DNA of 43,802 bases from Chiloscyllium plagiosum (Eukaryota). The notes beneath the pieces were generated by a model. The model was not told the DNA's origin. It made no database searches and saw only the letters and a program-made list of their open reading frames with translations. The translations under genes were made by a program, and so were the position numbers. Shown here in pieces: positions 35,451 through 43,802 of this stretch. The first letter of the stretch is position 1. Every line of letters starts with the position of its first letter. The stretch is taken from assembly GCF_004010195.1 (NCBI RefSeq), contig NC_057720.1, positions 16,032,902 to 16,076,703 of the forward strand, given 5' to 3'.

Positions 35451-35892
35451 AGAAAAAAGTAGTTTGTAAAAGGTACAAACCCTGGTAAGGCCTCATCTGC
35501 AATAAGGTGAACAGATTTGGTGATTTTGAGGCCAAAGTGTTTAGGAAAGAAGTTAAGAATCAGTTCTATATGCTGACGTTTGGAGCTATCCTTCATACGC
35601 AGCAGTTGATGCTGGGTCACTTGTTAATTTTAACTCTGTTAGTAGTACTATTTTCTAACCAAAGTTATTAAGGAATATAGGCATAGACTTTGAGGAACAC
35701 AGAGTTAAGGCACAGATCAGCTATGAATGGCAAATCAGATTTGAGAAGTTAAATAGCCTATTCCTGTTCTTATGGCAAAATGATTTAACCCTTTTGTTTT
35801 TAAATCTAGCTCTTGCCTCTCTTTGGGACCTCCATAAATATTTATGGGAATTAGGGGGGTGTTGGAAACATTGATCGACATCGTGCTTGGTC

Positions 35893-36201
35893 ATCATAGA
35901 ATCCCCACAGGGTGGAAGCAGGTCATTCAACCCATCAAGTCGACACTGACCCTGTGGAGATCATCCCAACCAGACCCACCCCATAATCTGCATTTCTTAT
36001 GGCTAATCCACACTCCCTGGACACTACAGCATGGCCAAACCACCTGACCTGCATATCCTGTGGGAGGAAACCAGAGCCCCTGGAGAAAACCCACATGGGG
36101 AGAATGTGCAAACTCCACACAGACAGTCGACTGAGGGTGGAATAAAACCTGGGTCCCTGGTGTTGTGAGGCAGCAATGCTAACCATTGAGCCACCATGCC
36201 A
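35893..36201 (-). mobile_element. HE1-like V-SINE
   Basis: Minus strand GGCATGGTGGCTCAATGGTTAGCATTGCTGCCTCACA head, TGTGTGGAGTTTGCACATTCTCCCC V-domain, CR1-type tail. Confidence 0.92.
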
Positions 36202-36496
36202 TTCTATCAAACATCAGACAACATACGGTCAGAATGAAGGTGGAAATACCTCAGTAAAGATTTTTGATTTATATGATCACTTCACTTGCACATGACGAAT
36301 ACGACAAAAATAGGACAGGTTTAACTTCAGAAATACTCTTACTGCAGCAGCCCATTGAATAGGGTCTCCTCTAGATTTCTGGTGAGCTAACACTGATGAA
36401 ACCAACAAAACTGTTTCAACAAATACTTGATAAATGGCTGCATCGTGCCACAAGGACAAATTCAAGGAGTCAATGACAGGGAACCGGTGTCTTCAA

Positions 36497-36703
36497 GGAG
36501 AAAGTGAGGTCTGCAGATGCTGGAGATCAGAGATGGAAATGTGTTGCTGGAAAAGCGCAGCAGGTCAGGCAGCATCTAGGGAACAGGAGAATCGATGTTT
36601 CGGGCATTAGCCCTTCCTGAAGAAGGGCTAATGCCCGAAACGTCAATTCTCCTGTTCCCTAGATGCTGCCTGACCTGCTGCGCTTTTCCAGCAACACATT
36701 TCC
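36497..36703. mobile_element. Fold-back PLE mini-element with hammerhead motif at 36617-36644 (+)
   Basis: About 82-bp inverted arms around a CTGAA loop. Perfect 15-bp TSD AACCGGTGTCTTCAA (36482-36496, 36704-36718). Confidence 0.93.
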
Positions 36704-37015
36704 AACCGGTGTCTTCAAACAGACAATCCAGTGCCAAATCTAACAAGAAACAAAGAAGTTACTTCTGGAAAGAAGTAGCAGACTTGATGGTTCCAGATGA
36801 GGAGTCAATGCTGTGGATGAAAGAACCTAAAGGATCATCAACAATTTCACATAACAAACTTGAAGGATGGAAATTTGCATGAGAAGTCAACTCCAAGATT
36901 CCTCAGGAGCAGAACTTCAGAGAACAACACTGCCTAAGGATCAAACCCTGGACATCAGACACAGACACTGTTGGTCACAATCATAACTAACTTCTACCTT
37001 TAATTGGATAATAGC

Positions 37016-37175
37016 TGAAAATGTGTTGCTGGAAAAGCGCAGCAGGTCAGGCAGCATCCAATGAGCAGGAGAATCGACGTTCGGGAATGAGCCCTTCTTC
37101 AGGAAGGACCTGCTGCGATTTCCAGCAACACATTTTCAGCTCTGACCTCCAGCATCTGCAGTCCTCACTTTCTCC
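37016..37175. mobile_element. Fold-back PLE mini-element, tail on the right, hammerhead with a 1-nt deletion (37076-37102, minus)
   Basis: Inverted arms. 16-bp TSD TTAATTGGATAATAGC (37000-37015, 37176-37191). Confidence 0.9.
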
Positions 37176-38367
37176 TTAATTGGATAATAGCCAAGTTGAG
37201 TTGTGAGGTTTAACTTGCTTACTTGAGGGTGTTATTTTGGTTGTAACATGCAATAAAGTTTTAAAAATTGTTTCAGTATTTGATTGTCTGTGAGATTTCT
37301 TAATAAATAGTCAAACTAAAGGTAGCAATTTTCCCACAACACTAATGAAGCAGCTCCAAGAATATCTAAGTATGATGTCATGCAGACAAAGCTAGAAAAA
37401 AGGCAGAGATTTGTGATAGCAGAATATAATTCACTTAATATATACTGAATTACAGTGCAGATATGAACAGTTATCATCTCCAATATTTATATTCAATCCA
37501 GTAAGCATTTCTTGCAGTGCAAGCTTATACAGTCTAATCCCATAATATCCAAACTCAGTTACCCAGGTGAACTCTGCTAAAGTCCCAGATTTCTCATTAT
37601 TTATCCCCAGGTATTTGTTCACTTAGACCTTGCCACTGGTTCAGATACTAATACATTTAATGGTACTGTTTAAGGAAAGTGGGAAGATAGTTAGGTACTT
37701 AAATTTTAATGCCAAATGCATTTTGCCATCCACCAACATTGACAAATGTCAGTTCAAAATTACATTGGTTATTAGCCCGTTGCAAATGGAAAGAACATTG
37801 TGGTCATAAATCTTTTCAAATCACTCGAGCAACAAAAATCATAAATTAGGAGTAACTGCTATCTTGAAGATGTGGTTGAGTTTTAAATGATCAGAGTTCA
37901 CACCCCAGTAATGCTCTTTTATCAAAATGCCTTCCCACTTCCCTGCAGCAAGTCTCTGTACCAGATGTATATCATTAAAATAGATGACCTTCTGACCTCC
38001 AGAAAAGATGAGTAGAAATGTCTCTGAAACTTCTCCCCAGCCAGTGATTTTCTGTAAAACAGCTACAAGTGCTCACTCACTTAGGCTGCAAGATAAATGC
38101 GGTGATATTTCACTAAGAACGGTCTTTGCTTATTTCTTTAAAGATGGGTCCATTCAGCTGCTAAATGAGAGTGAAGATCTCTTCTCTACAGCTACCTGTT
38201 AAAACCCATTCGCAGTATTAATGTCCCTGAAAAACCCTCCCTTTTCTGCAGAAAATACTTCCCCATCCCAACCCCCACAATACCCCCTATGTCTCCCCCA
38301 CCCCTGCCACAACCAGCTTATTCAGTCCTTATCAAGAGGTCTGAACTGGATATCCAATAAAGGTTCT

Positions 38368-38998
38368 TACCAATTTTTATAGATGCACCGTAGAAAGCAT
38401 TCTACCCGGATGCATTACAGTTTGATATGGAACTGCTTTGCCCAGGACCATGAGAAACTACAGAGAGTTGTGAACACAGCCCAACCCATCACGCAAGCCA
38501 ACCTTTCATCCGTTGACTCCATCTATGCTTCACGCTTCCTCAGGAAGGTAACCAACATCATTGAAGACCCCTCCCATCTTGGTTATAATCTCTTCCAACG
38601 CCCTCCATCGGGCAGAAGATACAAAATCTTAAACATGCAGACCCAACAGATTCAAGAGCAGCTTCTTCCCCACTGTAATTAGACAACTGAATACACCTCT
38701 CAAGTTCCAAATTTAATGTTGATCTCGCTCTTTGTACACCTTCTCTGCAGCCATAACATTGTATTCCTCAGAAACAAAAACAAAGGTTGCTGGAAAAGCT
38801 CAGCAGGTCTGTTAGCATCTGTGAAAAGAAATCAAAGTTCATGTTTCGGGTGCGGTGACCCTTCCTCAGAAAGTATATGTATTCTTTGCTCTGTTCTATT
38901 ACCCTAATGCTCTTTGTATGGTATGATCTGCCTGTACTGCACACAAAACAAAACTTTTCACTGTACCTGTACAATAATAAATCAAAGCAAATCAAAAC
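38368..38998 (+). mobile_element. Rex1/Babar-like LINE 3' end
   Basis: FYRCTVESILPGCIT..KLQRVVNTAQPIT..SIYASRFLRKVTNIIEDPSH..PSGRRY..RFKSSFFPTVIRQLN; tail AATAAATCAAAGCAAATCAAA. Confidence 0.9.
38770..38872 (-). mobile_element. Short PLE pLTR insertion in the Rex1 3' UTR
   Basis: GTTGCTGGAAAAGCTCAGCAGGTCTG; minus strand CTGAGGA-A-GGGT-CACCGC-ACCC-GAAAC-ATG. Confidence 0.75.
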
Positions 38999-39204
38999 AT
39001 TCAGTGGGACAAGTTGGATAGAGGCAATAATTGGGCTTCTCAATGCACTGCTAACTTGCATCTGACTGTATGAGGCCAAGATACTGCAGCAGGGCATCCA
39101 ACACTGATTTGGGCATCAACATTTATGTGAGACTATTTATTTGTCCCATTCAGGAATATAGTTCACATTGTGGTTGAGTCGAATCATAAAGCAGCAGTAT
39201 AACT

Positions 39205-39278
39205 TGTTTTTAACAGGATGAGGGTATGACTGGCCACACCAGTGTATGTTATCCATCCTTGATTGCACAGAGGGCAAA
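39205..39278 (-). mobile_element. Family-B-type tail fragment
   Basis: CAGGATGAGGGTATGACTGGCCACACCAGTGTATGTTATCCATCCTTGATTGCACAGAGGGC, like 14389-14450. Confidence 0.55.
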
Positions 39279-39441
39279 GTCAGGATGTGAACAAGCTGCT
39301 GATGAAAATATTGTAAAAATACAGCTGAAAGTGGGGAGGTGGAAGAAATAACAGATAAAATATATATCTAAAGTTGATGGGGCCATGCTGGAGCTGTTTC
39401 TTCTACCTCATGCAGTAACCTTTTGCCAACATGAAGAGTTG

Positions 39442-39635
39442 ATTAGCTTGGTTGGCTGGCCAGCTGGACTGCCAGTGCTGAGTGATGCCAACAGCTTGGT
39501 TTAAAGTCCTTAACAACCTGAGCCAATATCAAGGACTCTCCTCATGCCTGAGGCATGGTGACCCTTAGGTTAAACCACTAACAGTCATCTCTTCCTTTTA
39601 TTTGACAGTGGGACTATGGTGGCTTTACCTTTTAC
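39442..39635 (+). mobile_element. tRNA-derived SINE, family C
   Basis: TAGCTTGGTTGG head, core GGTGACCCTTAGGTTAAACCAC (shared with 41388-41410), tail GGACTATGGTGGCTTTACCTTTTAC. Confidence 0.65.
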
Positions 39636-40000
39636 TGACAATAACAAGAATTCCTCAAATTTCTACTCCCCCATTAACGTACAATCATGTTCCACTTTTG
39701 TACTGTACTCTTGTGGAAAATTCACATAGAGAACATTTCAATAACGTACAGTGGTCCACCAATTATTTTTTTCCCTAAGACTATGGAAACGCATTACCAT
39801 GTTTGACATTTTTTAATATTGGAGTTTTCACAGATAGAGGTAAAGTATCTTGTCATGTCTCTCATAAATGTCTCAAAACAGGTCACTGATAGTTACCAAG
39901 TTGAAGAATAGTGTTGATCCCAGCTGGTGGTAACACGGAACAAGTCAGATTCCATGGAGAACCTGGTTTGATTAGACCATACGGTTTACATTCGCAATTT

Positions 40001-40520
40001 CATTGATTGATTGATTGATTGCTGTCACATGTACTGAGGTACCGAGGAAAGTGTTTTGCATTATAAAGCAAATCATACCATACAAAGTGCATCAGGGTAG
40101 CAGAACAGAGGGCAGGCTACAGTGTTACAGAAGGTGCAGAGAGAAAGATCAGAATTAACATTTGAGAGGTCTGTTCAAACGTCTGATAACAGTGAGGAAG
40201 AAGCTATTGTTGAATCTGTTCATATGTGTTTTCAAATTTTTATATCTTCTGCCCAATAGAAGAGGTTAGAGGTGAGTATAAGGGGGGTGGGAGTGGTCTT
40301 TGATTCTGCTGGTTGCTTTTCCGAGACAACGGGAAGTATAGATGGAGTCAATGGATGAAAGACTGGTTTGTGTGATGGACTGGGCTGTGTTCACAACTCT
40401 CTGTAGTTTCTTGGGAAGAGCAGTTGCCTTACCACGGTGTGATGCATCCAAATAAGATGCTTTCTATGGTGCAACTGTAAAAATTGGTAAGAGTCCTTGT
40501 CGACGTGCTGAATTTTGTTA
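40001..40520 (-). mobile_element. Rex1/Babar-like LINE 3' end
   Basis: ORF KKLQRVVNTAQSITQTSLSSIDSIYTSRCLGKATSRIKDHSHP; (ATCA)n tail. Confidence 0.9.
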
Positions 40521-40827
40521 AGCTTCTTGATCAGTTACTGAATATGTTCTCAAGTGGCTGCCAACAAAGGAACATCAAAGGTTATTATGCACAAAAAGGA
40601 AAAAAAAAAGTACATTTTTGCTATATCAGAACTATGTGAAATGGGCAGATTATGTATATCAGAAATAAAGGTTCAACTTCTTTACCTTAAACAACAACCT
40701 CACAGATCCTCAAAGTTCAGTATCAGGTCACCCATTTCTCACTTCAAACTTCCTTCTTCAGTTGGCACCCAATTTTATTTCTTTCCTGCAAATATCTGTC
40801 TTCATTCAATGCGAGCTTCTTTAGTTA

Positions 40828-41460
40828 ATAGCTCAATCAGCTGTACAGCTGGATTGCAACCCCAGAAGCGTGAGTTCAATTCCCACACCAGCTGAGGCTA
40901 CCGTGAATTTGTTTGATTTGATTTATCATTGACACACGTACCTGGGTATAGTGAAAAGTTTTGTTTTGTGTACAGTACAAGTAGATAATACCATACAAAG
41001 TTCATTATGGTGATAGAACACAGTGAGGAATACAATGTTATGGCTGTAGACAAGGTGCACAAAGAGTGAGATCAACATTAAATTTGAAATTTGAGAGATT
41101 CATTTAGAAGTCTAATAACAGCGGGGAAGAAGCTGCTCTTGAATCTGTTGGCACATATGTTTAAGCTTTTGCATCTTCTGCTCAATGGGCGAGGTCAGAA
41201 ACAGTCTAACCCAGGGTAAGAGGGGTCTTTGATTGTGTTGTTTCCTTTTCCAAGGCAGCGAGAAGTATAGACCAAGTCAATGGATGGACTGGGGCTGTGT
41301 GCACAACTCTGTATAGTTTCTAACAGTCCTGGGCGGAGAAATTGCCATACCAAGCATGATGCATCAAGATAGAACTCTCTCCCTTTGGCTGACCCTTGGG
41401 TTAAACCATCGCCAATTGTCTATTCCTAATAAGACAGCACGCCAAGTATCCTGTAAAAAT
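40828..41460 (+). mobile_element. SINE family C split by a Rex1 insertion (pieces 40828-40905 and 41375-41460)
   Basis: TAGCTCAATCAG A-box-like, GAGTTCAATTCC B-box. Core GACCCTTGGGTTAAACCATC resumes after the LINE. Confidence 0.65.
40906..41372 (-). mobile_element. Rex1/Babar-like LINE 3' end
   Basis: Reverse-complement homology to 38400-38998, including the TCAAA-type tail. Confidence 0.88.
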
Positions 41461-41835
41461 TCACCACCACCACCTCCCCCCTCATCCATATCTAAGCGTG
41501 TGTGAAATGGGCCCTACTCCTGGTTCTTAATTTTACCATTTTACAATCCTAACAAAATGGAAGCCTACAAACAGCACATTTTGGAGAAATATTGCCGATT
41601 ATTATTAAAACAAAAGGGCAATAAAGTAAATCACAACTATGGACAGGTAGTGAAAATAAGAAGAGAGGTTAGCTTTATAACTCACAGTTGGTCCATCACA
41701 GAAGTCATTCTTCCAATTGTGCTAAAGTAACTTACTCAGCCCCATATGCCTTTCCCATATAGCGCTGAATCCTTTTTCTACACAGTTAATTATCCAAAGA
41801 CACCATGGAATCCATCTCCACCACACTCTCAGGAA

Positions 41836-43802
41836 TGTGTACTGTGTTCTGTGTACTGTTTTCTGTGTACTGTGTTCTGTGTACTGCATACTGGGTACTG
41901 TGTTCTGTGATCTGTGTTCTGTGTACTGTGTTCTGTGTTCTGTGTACTGTCTTTTGTGTACTGTGAACGGTGTACTGTGTTCTGTGTTCAGTGTTCTGAT
42001 TTATGTGTACTGTGCTCTGTGCACTCTGTACTGTGTTCTGTGTACCGGGTTCTGGTTCTGTGTACTTTGTTCTGTGTACTGTGTTCTGTATACTGTGTGC
42101 TGTGTACTGTGTACTGTGTTATGTGTACTGTGTTCTGTGTACTGCATAATGGGTACTGTCTTCTGTGTTCTGTGTTCTGTGTACTGTGTTCTGTGTTCTG
42201 TGTGCTGTGTTCTGTGTACTGTCTTTTGTGTACTGTGAACGGTGTACTGTGTTCTGTGTACAGTTTTCTGATTTATGTGTACTGTGCTCTGTGTACTCTG
42301 TACTGTGTTCTGTGTACCGGGCTCTGGGTTCTGTGTACTTTGTTCTGTGTACTGTGTTCTGTGAACTGTGTACTTTGTACTGTGTTCTGTATACTGTGTG
42401 CTGTGGACTGTGAACTGTGTTATGTGTACTTTGTTCTGTGTAGTGCGTACTGTGTACTGTGTTCTGCGATCTGTGTTGGGTGGTCTGTCTTTGGTGTACT
42501 GTACTGTGTACGGTGTTCTGTGTTCTGTGTACTGTGTACTGTGTACTGCGTACTGTGTACTGTGTTCTGTGATCTGTGTACTGGTTACTATGATCTGTGT
42601 GCTGGGTACTGCGTACTGTGTACTGTGTTCTCTGTTCTGTTTACTGTGTTCTGTGTACTGTGTACGGTGATCTGTGTACTGTGGTCTGTGTTCTGTGTAC
42701 TGTATTCTGTGCACTGTGTTCTGTGTATTGTGTTCTGTGTACTTTGTTCTGTGTACTGTGTTCTGTATATTGTGTGCTGTGCACTGTGTACTGTGATCTG
42801 TGTATTGGGCACTATGATCTGTGTGCTGGGTACTGTGTACTGTATTCTGTGTTCTGTGTACTGTATTCTGTGTACTGTGTTCTGTGTTCTCTGTACTGTG
42901 TTCTGTGTACTGTGTTATGTTTTTTGTGTACTGCGTTCTGTGTACTGCGTGCTGTGTACTGTGTGCTGTGTACTGTGTACTGTATTCTGTGTACTGTATT
43001 CTGTGTAGTGTTTTCTGTGTACTGTTTTCTGTGTACTGCTTTCTGTGTACTGTGTTCTGTGTCCTGTGTTCTGTATACTGTGCAGTGTGTGCTGTGTTCT
43101 GTGTGCTGTTTCTGTGTTCTGTGGCCTGTGTACAGTGTGCTGTGCACTGTGTTCTGTATACTTTGTACTGTGTTCTGTATACTGTGAACTCTGTACTGTG
43201 CACTGTGTACTGTATTCTGTGTACTGTGTTATGTGTATTGTGTTCTGTGTTCTGTGTACTGTTTTCTGTGTACTGTGTTCTGTGTACTGTGTTCTGTGTT
43301 CTGTGCACTGTGTTCTGTGTACTCTGCACTGTGAACTCTGTACTTGTACTGTGTACTGTGTTCTGTGTACTTTCTACTGTGTTCTGTGTTCTGTGTACTG
43401 TATTCTGTCTACTGTGTGCTGTGTTCTGTGTACTGTGATCAGTGTTCTGTGTTCTGTGTTCTGTGTACTGTGTTCTGTGTACTCTGTACTGTGAATTATG
43501 TACTGTGTACTGTGTTCTGTGTACTGTGTACTGAGTTCTGTGTACTGTGTTCTGTGTACTGTGTTCTGTGTACTGGGTACTTTGTTTTGTGTACTGTGTA
43601 CTGTGTTCTGTGTACTGTGTACTGAGTTCTGTGTTCTGTATACTGTGCAGTGTGTGCTGTGTTCTGTGTGCTGTTTCTGTGTTCTGTGGCCTGTGTACAG
43701 TGTGCTGTGTACTGTGTTCTGTATACTTTGTACTGTGTTCTGTATACTGTGAACTCTGTACTGTGCACTGTGTACTGTATTCTGTGTACTGTGTTCTGTG
43801 TA
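41836..43802. repeat. Satellite of the 7-mer CTGTGT(A/T), with higher-order duplications; runs off the window
   Basis: Continuous CTGTGTA/CTGTGTT units. Blocks of variant units recur at 272-bp and 565-bp offsets. Confidence 0.97.

Noticed and set aside
3195..36201. A/B-box sequences as tRNA genes
   Set aside because: They continue into V-domain bodies and LINE tails, so they are SINE heads.
22547..36703. Palindromes as pre-miRNAs, terminators or DNA-transposon MITEs
   Set aside because: The arms are PLE pLTR sequence, one arm has an extra tail, and the TSDs are 14-16 bp and site-specific, which fits retro-insertion.
4060..38872. Recurrent GCTGGAAAAGC(A/G)CAGCAGGTCAGGCAGCATC as a CRISPR-like repeat
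   Set aside because: Dispersed in both orientations with no regular spacers, in a eukaryotic context.
41837..43768. Long Cys-rich and Thr/Gln/His-rich ORFs, up to 442 aa
   Set aside because: Open in several frames on both strands because the 7-mer lacks stop codons; no gene structure.

Overview
Repeat-dense, AT-rich eukaryotic genomic DNA, very probably from a shark or ray. The basis is HE1-type V-SINEs and the CR1, Rex1/Babar and Penelope families typical of elasmobranchs, recognised by eye without a database search. No host protein-coding gene is convincingly present; the recognisable ORFs are decayed transposon ORFs, repeat artefacts or N-gap artefacts. Main contents: (i) a decayed ERV-like pol (connection/RNase H-like domain, integrase C-terminus) plus an env with a class I fusion-protein layout, possibly lokiretrovirus-like (4287-6655, minus). 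It sits between two inverted Penelope-like element (PLE) ends that share a 14-bp target-site duplication (TSD). (ii) About ten short PLE-derived insertions from several families, most with 14-16 bp TSDs. They carry minimal hammerhead-ribozyme motifs, and several are fold-back palindromes that turn around at the ribozyme core. (iii) A Gmr1-like Gypsy element (SCAN-like gag, protease, RT) interrupted by PLE and CR1 insertions. (iv) Many CR1 and Rex1 LINE fragments, three tRNA-SINE families, short LTRs and a Tigger-like MITE. (v) A 2-kb 7-mer satellite at the window end. There is a 466-N assembly gap at 6656-7121. Boundaries of old repeats are approximate.
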